A stretch of 64,000 nucleotides of DNA from Heterodontus francisci (Eukaryota), in NCBI RefSeq assembly GCF_036365525.1, contig NC_090399.1, positions 62,738,862 through 62,802,861 on the forward strand, written 5' to 3'. The notes beneath the pieces are model-generated. The model had not been told where the DNA came from. It did not search any database and saw only the letters and a program-made list of their open reading frames with translations. A program made the position numbers and the translations under genes. Below are positions 12,027-24,112 of the stretch, piece by piece (the stretch's first letter is position 1; each line of letters begins with the position of its first letter).

Positions 12027-12874
12027 GCAAAGCTTGATCGGTCACTTGAACTGGTTGTGCACTCAGACTAGACCAGATTCTAGTTTTGATATGTTGGTGT
12101 TAAGTTCTATGATGAAACACCATAAAGTCAAAAAGGTTTGAAGGGCAAATAAAATGTTGAAAAAATAAATCTGGAGAAATGTGTACTTAAGTTCCCAACT
12201 TAGGTGACCCAAAGAACATGCAATAGTTATTTTTAGTGAGGCTTCACCTGCTAATCTTCCTGATAGGTATTAGAGTGCAGCTGGTTTCATGTTATTTCTA
12301 ATGGGTGAAAATGGGAAATGTTGTCCTTTAGTTCGGAAGGCTAAGAAAATAAAGCAGGCCTATTAAAAGTACTTTAGTGCAGAAACACTGGCTTTTGTGA
12401 GGCAGTGGGATTCTATTTGACAAACATTTTAAGTAGGATTCTATACAATGGACATACTGGGAGATAGTCTACCCATTGAATGCCATGTAGATAATCGTTC
12501 CTTTTGGGATAATGTACACTCTATGAAACATGTGAGTGAGAAAAGGATATGGATTGACTTTACTGGCTTAAAACAAATGTTGGAGAGAAATGAAATCTCT
12601 AAAATTAAATGGGTAGCTGCAAGTCACCAACAATCTGAATTGTTTTACAAAAAGAAATGCTTGTACAAAGAACTTGTTAGGGGTCTTTGGGCCGAAGGGC
12701 CTGTTTCGGTGCTGTATCTCTCTCTCTCTCTCTTTGACTCTCCATGTCCTCGAGGAGGAGCATCTGGCAATATAACGCTCTGTACTGAATATGGAAATTG
12801 TTTCTGATTTTCTTTTGAAATGTTATTTGTGCATATTAACTCTTAAGATTTATTTAAAAAGAAAGAAGGGAATC

Positions 12875-13078
12875 TGTTAATTGTATATCAATTGTGTTTA
12901 TTTATATGCAGGTGAAGGGCATTAATTGGAGTTTTATTTTAGCACATATAAAGTGACACTTACTGAAACTGTGTGGTCAAGTTAGGAGGTATATGCTTGT
13001 AATGTTTCACACTGTAAAGACTGAGTAAAGTTTGGGTCCCATATCATCCTTCATCAGTTGGTTTTCTGCAATAGAACA
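12875..13078 (+). repeat. 3' LTR of copia element
   Basis: Preceded by polypurine tract AAAAAGAAAGAAGGGAA (12856-12872); termini TGTT...AACA. Confidence 0.85.
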
Positions 13079-13156
13079 AGAGAGACAGACACTGCATTAA
13101 GATTGTACAGTAAGCACCAGTTATAAAGTTCCAGTTGAAGGCCATTGAAGGATCTG

Positions 13157-16100
13157 TTTTTTTTTAAATTCATTCATGAGGTGTGACAGTCACTGGCAAG
13201 GCCACAGCATTTATTTCCCATCCCTTATTGCCCATGAGAAGGTAGTAATGAGCTGCCTTCTTGAACCGCTGCTGTCCGTGTGGTGTAGGTACACCCACAG
13301 TGCTGTTAGGGAGGGAAACCAGGATTTTGTCCCAGCGACAGTGAAAGAACAGTGATATACTTTCAAGTCGCATGATGTGTGACTTGGAGGGGAATTTACA
13401 GGTGATGGTGTTCCCATATGTCTGCTGTCCTTGTCCTTGTAGGTGGTAAAGGTTGAGGATTTGGAGAATGCTGTTGAAGGAGGCTTGGTAAGTTGTTGCA
13501 ATGGATCTTGTAGATGGTACACACTGCTACACTGTGCACTGGTGGTGGATGGGTGCAGATCAAGAGGTTGATTTTTCCTGGATGGTGTCGAGCTTCTTGA
13601 ATGTTGTTGGAGCTGCACTCATCCAGGCAAGTGGAGAGTATTTCATCACACACCTGACTTAAGCTTTCCAAATATTGAGCAGAATTTGGGGAATTACTCA
13701 CATCAGAATTCCCAGATGCTGACCTGCTCTTGTAGGTACAGTATATAGCTGCTTAAGCTAATTTTCTGGTCAATGGTAAACCCCACTGCCTTCCTCCAAA
13801 TGTTGAACGTGGTATTTCAGTGACGGTAATGTTGTTGAATGTCAAAGGGAGATGGTTAGATTCTCTCTTGTTGGAGATGGTCATTGCCTGGCATTGTGTG
13901 GCATGAATATTACTTACCACTTATCAGCATAAGCCTGAAGGTTAAATGTTGTCCAGATCTTGCTACAGGTGGGCATGGACTGCTTCAGTATCTGAGGAGT
14001 GGCACACGGTACTGAACACTGTGCCATCCTCAGTGAATATGCAATATCCTTGGGAGAGATGATTGGCCTCCTAACCACAACCATCTTCCCTTTGTGCTGG
14101 GTATGATTCCAACCAGTGGAGAGTTTTCCCCCGATTCCCATTGACTTCCAATTTTGTGAGTGCTCCTTGATGTCATACTCGGTCAAAGGCTGCCTTGATG
14201 TCAAGGGCAGTCACTCTCACCTCACTTCTTGAATTCATCTCTTTTGTCCAAGTTTGATCCAAGCTGTAGTGAGGTCTGGAGCCGAGTGCCCTGGTGGAAC
14301 CCAAACTGAGCATTGGTTAGCAGGTTGCTGCTGAGTAAGTGCCGCTTGACAGCGCTGTCGACAACACCTTCTCTCACTTTGCTGATGATTAGAGTAGACT
14401 GATGGGGCGGTAATTGTTTGGATTGAATTGGGCTGCTATATGTGGACAGGACACACCTGGGCAATGTTCCACATTGTCGAGTAGATGCCAGTGTTGTAGC
14501 TGTACTGGAACTGCTTGGCGAGGGGTGCAGCTAGTTCTGGAGCACGAATTTTCAGTACTACAACTTGGATGTTTTCAGGGCCCATAGCCTTTGCTGTATC
14601 CACAGTGCGCTGCTATTTCTCAGAGTCATAGAGTTATACAGCACAGAAACAGGCCCTTTGGCCCACTGTGGTCTGCGCCGGCCATCAAGCCTATCTATTC
14701 TAATCCCATTTTCCAGCACTTGGCCCGTAGCCTTGTATGCTATGGCATTTCAAGTGCACATCTAAATACTTCTTAAATGTTGTGAGGGTTCCTGCCTCTA
14801 CCACCCCTTCAGGCAGTGTGTTCCAGATTCCAACCACCTGCTGGGTGAAATTTTTTTTCCTCAAATCCCCTCTAAACCTCCTCCCCTTAAATCTATGCCC
14901 CCTGGTTATTGACCCCTCTGCCAGGGGAAAAAGTTTCTTCCTATCTACCCAATCTATGCCCCTCATAATTTTGTATTCCTCTGTCAGATCTCCCGTCAGC
15001 CTTCTCTGCTCTAAGGAAAACAATCCTAGCCTATCCAGTCTCTCTTCATAGCTGAAATGCTCCAGCCCAGGCAATTTCCTCTGCACCCTCTGCAGTGCAA
15101 TCACATCCTTCCTATAATGTGGCGACCAGAACTGTACACAATACTCCAGCTGTGGCCTAACTAGCATTTTATACAGCTCCATCATAACCTCCCTGCTCTT
15201 ATATTCTATGCCTTGGCTAATAAATGCAAGTATCTCATATACCTTCCTCGCCACCTTATCTACCTATCTTGATATCATGTGGAGTGAAACTGGCTGCAGA
15301 CTGGCATCTATGATGCTGGGGTCCTCAGTAGGAGGCCAAGATGGATCATGCACTCCACACATATGGCTGGAGATGGTTGAAAATATTTCAAACTTGTCTT
15401 TTGCACTGACATCCTGGGCTCCCCCATCATTGAGGATGGGGTTGTTTGTGAAGCCTCCTCCTCCTGTTAGTTGTTTAATTGTTCTCCACCATTCCTGACT
15501 GGATGTGACAGGACTGCAGAGCCTGGATCTGATTCGTTGGTTGTGGGATCGATTAGCTCTCTCTATCCCATGCTGTTTCTTCTGCTTATCATACATGTAG
15601 TCCTGTGTTGTAGCTTCACCAGGTTGGCACCTCATTTTTAGGTATGCCTGGTGCTGCTCCTGGCATGCTCTCCTGCACTCCTCATAGAACCAGGATAGGT
15701 CCTCTGGCTTGATGCTAATGGTAGAGTGGAGGATATGAAAGGCCATGAGGTTACAGATTGTGGTTGAATATAATTCTGCTGCTGCTGATGGCCCACAGTG
15801 TCTCATGGATTCCCAGCTTTGAGCTGCCACACCTGTTTTGAATCTATCCCATTTATCATGGTGATAGTGCCATGCAACATGATGGAGGGTCTCCTCAGTG
15901 TGAAGATGGGACTTCATCTGCTCAAGAACTATGTGTAGCCACTCCTACCAAGACTGACATGGGCAGTTGGTGAGGTAAAGTATGTTTTTCCCTCTTGTTG
16001 GTTCTCTCATCACCTGCTGCAGGCCCAGTCTGGCAGATATGCCCTTCAGGACTTGGGCAGCTTGGTCAGTAATGGTGCTGCCAAACTGCTGTTGGTGATG

Positions 16101-16930
16101 GACATTGAAGTCCCCTACCCTGAGTACATTCTGTACCCTTGCTGCCCTCAGTGCTTCTTCCAAGTGATGTTTATCATGGATGAGTGATTCAACAGCTGAG
16201 GGGGATCTGTAGGTGGTATTCAGCAGGAGGTTTCCTTGTTTATTTTTGACCTGATGACATGAGACATCATGGGGTCTGGAGTCGATGTTGAGGACTTCCA
16301 GGACAACTACCTCCCAACTGTATACCACTGTGCTGCCACCAATGGCGGTTCTGTCCTGTCGGTGGGACAGGACATACCCAGGGATGGTGATGGAGGAGTC
16401 TAGGACATTGGCTGTAAGGTATGATTCTGTGAGTATGACTATGTCAGGCTCTTTTTTGACTGGTCTGTGGCGCAGCTCTCCCAATTTCGGCACAAGTCCC
16501 CAGATGTTAGCGACGAGAGCTTTGCAGGGTCGACTGGGCAGGGTGGAGCCTTTGTTTTTTTCGCTGTCTAGGTCAATGCCGGGTGGTCTATCTATTTTTA
16601 TTCTTTGACTTTTCTGTCATGGTTTGATACAATTGAGTGGCTTGCTAGGCCATTTCAGAGGGCAGTTAAGAGTCAACCAAATTACAGTCAGTCTGAAGTC
16701 ACATGTAGGTCAGATCAGGTAAGGACAGCAGTGAACCAGATGGGTTTTTATGACAATCTGGTAACTTGATGATTCCAATTTCTGAGACATACTTTTTATT
16801 TTATTTTATTTATGAAATAATTGAATTTAAACTGCACCAGCTTTAATTGAGGGATTTGAACTCATGCCTATGGAGTATTAGTCTGAGCTTCTGGATTAGT
16901 TGTCCAGTAACATTACTACTATACTATTGA
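13157..16930 (-). mobile_element. Near-full-length copy of the APE-RT LINE family with a tRNA-like 5' head
   Basis: Homologous to 6925-9677 throughout. Extends 5' into a SINE-like body and A box/B box (16916-16926; GAGTTCAAATCC at 16852-16863). Poly(A) at 13157-13165. Confidence 0.85.
14622..15264 (-). mobile_element. CR1 3' fragment nested in the tRNA-headed LINE
   Basis: LYKMLVRPQLEYCVQFWSPHY..VVGIWNTLP; interrupts the host LINE between endonuclease/linker and RT. Confidence 0.9.
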
Positions 16931-17144
16931 TCCGTTGAGACAGAAGATGAGCCATGATCATAGTGAATGGTGGGGAAGGTTCGATGGGCCTTATCATCGA
17001 CTCCTCCTATTTCTTCTGTGCTTAGAATCCTATTTTTACAACATATCTGCAAATGAGTCAGTAAAACAAATATGAATAAATTAATCCATGATAATCTTAT
17101 TCAACATCAGGAATAACAACTTTTTCCACATTACGTGACATTTA

Positions 17145-17890
17145 AAAGAATATAAGAAATAGGAGCAGCAGTAGACCATACAGTTCGTCAAGCCTGCTCC
17201 ACTTTTCAATTTGATCATGGCTGACCTTCTGCCTCAATTCCACTTTCCATCCCATTCCCCATATCCCTTAATTCCCTGAGTGACCTGTCTCTCTCAGCCT
17301 TAAATATATTCAACGATGGAGCATCCACAACCCTCTGGGGTAGAGAATTCCAAAGATTCACAACACTTGGAGTGAAGTAATTTCTCCTCATCTCATTCCT
17401 AAATGATCGGTCCTGTATCCTGACACTGTGCCCCCGGATTCTAGATTCCCTGATCAGTGGAAACAATCTCTCAGTATCTACCCTATCCAGCATCTTCAGA
17501 ATGCTATATGTTTCAATGAGATCACCTCTCATTCTTCTAAACTCCAGAGAACATGAACCCAATTTACTCAGCCTCTTATCATAGGACAATTCTCTCATCC
17601 TAGGAACCAATCTAGTGAACCTTTAAAGTACAGCCTCCAATGCAAATAGATCTTTCCTTCAGTATAGTGATTGGAATTGCACAAAGCATTCCAGATGTGG
17701 TCTCACCAAAGCCCTGTACAATTGTGGCAAGATTTCCTTATTCCTGGACTCCAATTCCCTTGCATTTGCCTTCCTAATTGCTTGCTGTACCTACATGTTA
17801 ACTTTCTATGAGTACACCTAAGCACTGCTGAACACCAATGTTTGGAAGTTTCACACCTTTTAAAAAATAATCTGCTTTTCTATTTTTTCA
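17145..17890 (-). mobile_element. CR1 3' fragment
   Basis: ORF 17215-17610 (RRMRGDLIETY..VVNLWNSLPQ). Confidence 0.88.
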
Positions 17891-18439
17891 CACTAGGTCA
17901 CAACAGGATGCATCTGTCCTGAGCTCAGCATTTCAAGGCATCAACAGTTTAGCTAATATTTACATATCCTTTCACACCTTATGTGACAATTTGCATACTG
18001 CAATTTATTCTTACACATCTTGTTAAATACTTGTTATTAAAAATGGAGAAGAGAAAGTTTATTCCATGTATACTCTTCACCTTGAAGAGAAGGAATCCTA
18101 TCCAACTCCTCACATTTAGACAATTCGTTTTTAATTAATGCAGCCAATTTAAAACTCGAATATTTTGTCAAACATTTCATTAAGCATCACAAATAACATA
18201 TATCATGATTATTAGTACAGTGATTACAATTCTCTGAGCACAAATTATAATCATAGACCAAATCCCTGTCCATGGGTGCTGACTGACATTATACCCTACT
18301 TTGCACCATTTATTATTGCCTAACATTACTGTGCCCCTTTCCATGGTAGCATTAGTTTATATGACAGTGACTACAAACATCAGTTATATTACAGCTTGGT
18401 GGCACAGTGACATTCAGACACATTTTATCTGTCTCACTC

Positions 18440-18765
18440 TAGACAAGGACAAACTGTACCGATTAACTAATGGTACAAGCACTAGGGGACACAGATTGAA
18501 GGTTTTGGGCAAGAGAAGCGTGGGAATATGAGAAAGAACTTGTTACACAGCGGGTGGTAAGGATCTGGAACTCGCTGCCCACAAGGGTGGTGGAAGTGGA
18601 GGCAATCAATGACTTCAAAAGGAAATTAGATGGCCAGTTGAAGGAAATATATCTTCAGGAGATTGAGTGGGGGAGTAGGACTGATTAGATAGCTGCGTGG
18701 AGAACTGGCATGGACTTAATGGGCCGAATGGCCTCCTTCTGTGCTGGATATGACTCTATGACTCT
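18440..18765 (+). mobile_element. CR1 3' fragment
   Basis: TRGHRLKVLGKR.., IWNSLP and GGGCCGAATGGCCTCC..ATGACTCT tail. Confidence 0.85.
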
Positions 18766-19731
18766 CCATACGATCTCTGTAGTAGTAGGTAGCCTCTCAA
18801 GGTAGGTAACCAGACCTAGAACAATTAATACTCGAAGAAACACATTCCACCTGCCGGCAAGGTGTAGTATTTATTCCTTGACAGTTTTGAGCTGATTAAT
18901 GTGATACTATTTGATATAACTCAGACATTTCTTACTTGAAAACTGAACTATATACATGGCAGGACTGGCCTGATCAGTGATAGAACAAAAACGGCAGGAC
19001 TATACCCTAACAAAATGGTCCTTTTTACCATAATTTAGGACCATTACAGAGTCTCCAATTTGATACTCAAATGGATGATCCTATTTGTCAAAGTACTTTT
19101 AGACCTGATTCTTGGATTCTCCCAAATTCCATGCTACGAATTGATTCGGCTGATCGATGTAATGGATCATCTGCTTCAACCACTCAGTGGTACAACTGCT
19201 TTAAAGCAAAGGACCTGCTGTGGGCACCAGTAGGTGTCCAGGCATACACATCAGACATCCTGTCATTACCCGATAGGGGTAAATTCATGTAGTACGACAC
19301 TGTCTAGATCACATCACCAGTAAATACATTGGTAACATGCTCACCCATTGAAAGGGGTGATCTGCACAGAATTTTTTAAACATTGTTTGAAGTCCTATTC
19401 TCTCTTTCCACTACTCCAGATCATTGAGGATGGTGACATATGGGCAATTTGTATTTAATCCTCATCAATTTCTGTAGTTCAGTCAAAACGTTTCCTGTAA
19501 GATGTGATCCTTGATCACTAGCTACCTGTATGTGCACTCCCCACCTGCAGATCACCTCAATCAATGATATTTTAGCCTCAACAAAAGCACGATTATTATG
19601 GTAAGGAAAAGCCTCTGTCCATTTGATCAACTTGTCTAATATAAGTAGCACATGTTACTGGTTAACTGGAGGAGTTGGCAATGAACTGATAACATCGAGC
19701 TGAAGGTGCATCCAGGGTCCTGCAGGAGGTC

Positions 19732-21200
19732 ATAGAGTCATTACAACACAGATTGAAGCCATTTGGCCCATTGTGTCCATGCCAGCTCCCTATACAGAGT
19801 CAGTCCCATTCCCTCGCCCTACCCCCGTAGGCCGGAAAGTTTCTTTCTCTCAAGTGTCGATCCAATTTCCTTTTGAAATCATTGATCGGCCCTGCTTCCA
19901 TCACCCTCGTAGGCAGCGAGTTACAGGTCATTACCACTCGCTGCATATAAAAATTCTTCTTCATATTTCCCCTGCATCTTTTGTCCAAAACCTTAAATCT
20001 GTGTCCCCTCGTCCTTGCACCATCAGCCAATGGGAACAGATTTTCTTTGTCTACCTTATCTAAATCTGACAGAAATGTGTACCTCTCTGTTAAATCTCCC
20101 CTCAACTTCCTTTGCTCCAAGAAGAATAACCCCAGTTTCTCCAACCTAACCATGTAACTAAAATCCTGCAGCTGGAATTTTACACCCCCTGCAGGAGCGG
20201 GCTGGAGGTGGAGGAGGGAGGTTGTAAAACTGAGTGGGAGGTGGGGGGGTGCCGTTCCCGTCGCCTTCCAGCACTCGCTGCAGTTTCACGTGCGGTGGTG
20301 GCGGCAAGAAACGGCCCACCCGCCTCAGGCCAACTAAAGCCCTTAAGTAGCCAATTAACAGCTACTTCAGGGCCTCCTCCCATCACTGCTAGTCCATTAC
20401 CAGCAGCATGTGGGCAGCTCAAGACCTTAAGAGGCCACTCGGCAAAACCTAGCAGCCACCACTGCAGCACATTCCTCCCCTCCGCCCCCACAACTGACTC
20501 CGCTTGCCTTGACAGGGCCCGGCCGATTGTCCCCGGTGAGGCCCCGCACACTTAGCTTCATTCTAAGGCCAGCATCCATGCTGCACCTCTCGCCGGGTGC
20601 AGTGCCAGTCGTGCCACCGTTCCTGGTGGCACTGCTGGGACTGAGAGCTGACAGCCCGCTGATTGGCAGCTCCTGGAGGTTGGAGTTCCTGCCTCAGAGG
20701 GGTTGAACTCCTGCCCGAGGACAATTAACGGCCAGGGGCCCGTAAAATCTCTGCATGGCTTCCAGGTGGGATGGAGGCGGGCTCGCCCCCGAATTCTTGG
20801 CCATTGGGTGGGGCCTCCAGCCCAACGTACGATTCCAGCCTGCATCCCTGGAACCATTCTGGTAAATCTCCTCTGCACCCTCTCAAAGACTCTCACAACC
20901 TTCCTAAAGTGTGATGTTCAGAACTGGATGCAATACTTTAGTTGTGGCCTAACCAGAGCTTCAAAATGGTAAAGCATAATTTCTATTCAATTATTTATCT
21001 ATTTATGCAGTACAAGTTCCCACATGCTCTGCTAATTATTCTCTCAACATGTTCTGCCACCTTCAAAGGTCTACGCACATGAATACCCTGGTCCCTCTGT
21101 TCCTGCAAACTGTGTTGTTAAGTCTCTATTGCTTCTTCCTATTTCTTCTGCCAAAATGCAACATCTCACATTGCTCTGTAGTAAATTCCATCTGCTACTT
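19732..21200 (-). mobile_element. CR1 3' fragment interrupted by a MITE
   Basis: ERVQRRFTRMVPGM (about 20850) continues as RLEKLGLF..RGDL (about 20150) once 20171-20839 is removed. Confidence 0.85.
20171..20839. mobile_element. GC-rich non-autonomous TIR element (MITE-like)
   Basis: Terminal inverted repeats GCTGGAATtttac / gtacgATTCCAGC, flanked by direct repeat CTG(CA); clean insertion into a CR1. Confidence 0.65.
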
Positions 21201-23784
21201 GTACAGGAAAGTGCAGTTGGTGTTTGTAGGAGGATTGTACTGTGCTTACAGGTAATGTTACTTGTCTTATCTGGCTCCCATACAGTTTGAGCTATTTTCT
21301 GGACAGTTAATATCCACAAAGAAATGTGCTCCCAGGACGACTGTGAAACAGCTCAAAGAGCTCCTCCCCCACCCCTCTTCTCACATCATATCACATTCAT
21401 TTCTCATCAGTTCATAACAGGATGCACCTGTCCTGAGCTTTGCATTTTGTCGGCTTTATATTTGACACATATCCTTTTGCACCTCGCATGACCATTTGCA
21501 TACTGTAATTTATTTTTACACACGTATTATTGCTGCATACTTGTAATTAAAAATCGAGAAGAGAAAGCTTATTCCGTGCCCTTACAGTGCCTCATCTCCA
21601 GGCCGATCCTCCAATGTCATCCAACCATCTGTGCTCAGACTGTTTCAACTGGAACAAAGGAGACAAGAGGAGATTTCATTGAGGGATTTTCAAATGATGA
21701 AGGGTTTTGATCAAGTGAATTGGGAAATACGATTTCCTCTGTTTTAGGGGCCATTGAAGAGGGGGCAATAATTTAAAATGCTCATTGAGTGAGGAGAGAA
21801 GATAGGAGACATTCCTTCTGAGTTGTTTGGAACATGGAATGCCCTACAAACAGGGAGTGGGTGATGGAAAGAGCTTTGCATCTTTTAAAGGGAAATTGGA
21901 TCAATATTTGAAGGAGTGAAAGAGACTGGTTGGTCAGATTGCAGAGCTCACAGAGGCTGTCTATAGTGTGTGAGTCAGAGTTTGGAGAGTAAGGTCACTG
22001 AGTCTGTCATCCCTACCACTTCCACCTTCGGGATTCTGACATTGATTTCTATTGTTAAATATATAAATTGACCCCGTCTCCCCTTGTGCTGGACCTCCAC
22101 ATCCAGACATCCTGTCCCCACATCAGCATCAAGCAGCAAACCTGCTCCAGCTCCAGCTCCACTTCACCATTGCTTGGGGTTAATGACACTGAAACTGGTT
22201 AGTGCCAAGTCCATACAGTCATCTCCCACTGATGTCAGCTGTGGGTTCACCTTGGGACTGAACAGGACAGGCTCAGGATGGGGAGGCTCCTGTTGTCTTG
22301 ATGGTTCAGAGTGGGACAGGATGCTTATGGCCACTCACCAACCTGTCCCTGATATCCCAGTCCACACCATCAGGTGAAGCCCTGTTAACAGCTTCTATTG
22401 AGACCTCCCAGGATGAAGACAAATGGTCCTCTTTGGGCACCAGCGCCTCTGAGGTGTCTGTGCACAGACACAATGGGCTGAATGGCCTCCTTCTGTGCTG
22501 TAATTGTTCTGTGGGTCTATGGTGCCAGAGTCAGGCTGGTTCACCCAGGCAGCACCAGCTACTGTCGGTGAGTCCATCACCCGAGGCATCTGCCATCCCC
22601 TCTGGTGCCACTAACCCAGCCCTGGGACATTGGTCTCCAGTTGGCACTGGCTCATTTGGGGACATCACCCTCTGAGGACTCAACCATGCTGAGGATCGTC
22701 GATGTTGTGGGTGATTTCCACCTTGGTGAGGGCAGTCGCAGGTCTCTGTTCACTTTTTATAGATCAGTGTCTCCCCCACCATCACTGTGGAGCCACCTTC
22801 AACCTCTCCCTCTAACTGCTGAGGGACAGCCAGATTGCGAGGGCACCCTCTCCCAGGGAGGGTACATGTGTCTCAGTGCCACTTCCCCCAAGTGGCAGGG
22901 GTTCACATCTCGAAGGTTTAACCAATGACTTGTATTCATCAGTTTATAGCTGCCTTGATCCCTGCTCCCAGGACTCCCTATCAACCTTCCCTGTCGGCTC
23001 AGCCTGTGGAAGCTTCCTGGAATTGGGAGCCAGAGTCGGAACACAACCAGCATCTGCTGAGGCCTTTTCATGAGAGAGAGAGAGAGTCAGAGACCAGGAG
23101 CAGGTTGGTATCTGCCATCCCACACTGCTGCCACAGAGGGATTGGGCCAGTAGTTAACAGGGACGTCTCCAAAGGCCATTCCTAATTTACTGCTGGGTTG
23201 GAGAGAGCTCTTGGCTGTGGCTTTCTGTTCCTTCAAGGAATATTATACCTACATTCCCTCCGTTCAGGGGCAGTGCCAGGAGCCAGTGGACAGTCAGTTC
23301 CTCAGGGAGCCAGTAATTGTCCAGTCTTTGGTTGGCAGGGTAAGTGAGAACACTGTCCGGTCAATGCAAATACAGGCAAACGGCAGACTGTGGTAGTGGG
23401 GCTAAGCTGCTCGTGATGGAGGTGGAATGAAAGGCTGGTCTGTCCAAAGACACAGGGAACTGTCTCAAACTGTTCATAGTGTAACCAGTCCACTGGCCTA
23501 CTCTAGATAGTAGAGCAGGAGGGACAGGCAAGATTTCCCTGAGAGGCAGCAGAGAGGGAAGGAGGGTAATGGGAAAGCAGTAACTGAGCTCTGGATAGAC
23601 ATGGAACTTTCATCCAGGTAGGATGGTGAAGGCCAGTGAGAATTACTGGCTGCTCTGGGAATTCCCTGTCTAGTATTGTACTGGTCATGGGGCAGGGGGA
23701 GGGGATGGTCAGGGTGATGGTTTCAAAGTCAACCCTGATCAAATGATTCTTAGTGATCCTGGTTCTTTGTGTCAGGGTCTGGGA

Positions 23785-23834
23785 CTGGACAGAGTGAACA
23801 CACAGATACAGTTTGTGGAACAAGTGTTTTTATT
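23785..23834 (-). terminator. Candidate polyadenylation signal of the class I gene
   Basis: AATAAA (23834-23829) followed by a GT-rich element (TGTATCTGTGTGTTCACTCTGT) in non-repeat DNA downstream of the stop. No transcript evidence. Confidence 0.35.
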
Positions 23835-24112
23835 ATTCAATAGGTACAAATGTAAACTTTAATCCAGTACGTAGAGTGGTACAGAGTGCAATCCCAAACA
23901 TTTTACATTCCCCACCCTCGGCTCACACAACAGGCCAGTGACAGACTGGGTTTAGGGAAGTGAAGCTGTTCATTTCATTTAATAAACCACATTCCCGGGA
24001 AACACAGGATCCAACCTCAGGCACCAATGAAGACGGACAGTTAAAAAACAGAAACTTAAACTGATCAGAGAATTAAAACGTCGAACCTCCCAGAGGGAAG
24101 AGATAGAAACAT

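Larger units (their letters stand above)
3141..13078 (+). mobile_element. Ty1/copia LTR retrotransposon (GalEa-like), decayed, with nested insertions
   Basis: Paired LTRs of about 205 bp, PBS and PPT. Domain order is gag knuckle (CFRCDS..CP, 4393), integrase (LHRQFTH..CEIC; TDNGGEF; NGLCERNH), RT (IDIKAAFLQG, WKLNKCINGLNDASRVWY), RNase H (TRPD.., CHVDNRS). Integrase precedes RT. Confidence 0.88.
17895..21580 (-). mobile_element. Decayed retrovirus-like/Gypsy-like remnant (integrase, possible env TM, about 170-bp direct repeats), interrupted by CR1s
   Basis: Integrase GPWMHLQLD..LLILDKLIKWTEAFP..SDQGSH..HHPQ*SGVVERENRT (about 19385-19725). Repeats at about 17900-18070 and 21415-21577. Confidence 0.65.

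Noticed and set aside
16840-16930. tRNA gene
   Set aside because: Only degenerate A/B boxes and one hairpin, with no full cloverleaf; it is a retroposon head. The same applies to the V-SINE heads at about 34670-34729 and 45464-45520.
22084-23823. Cluster of short ORFs as a second host gene
   Set aside because: No recognisable domain or consistent exon chain, and a CR1-type tail is inserted at about 22455-22520. It is probably an old unclassified repeat that I could not assign.
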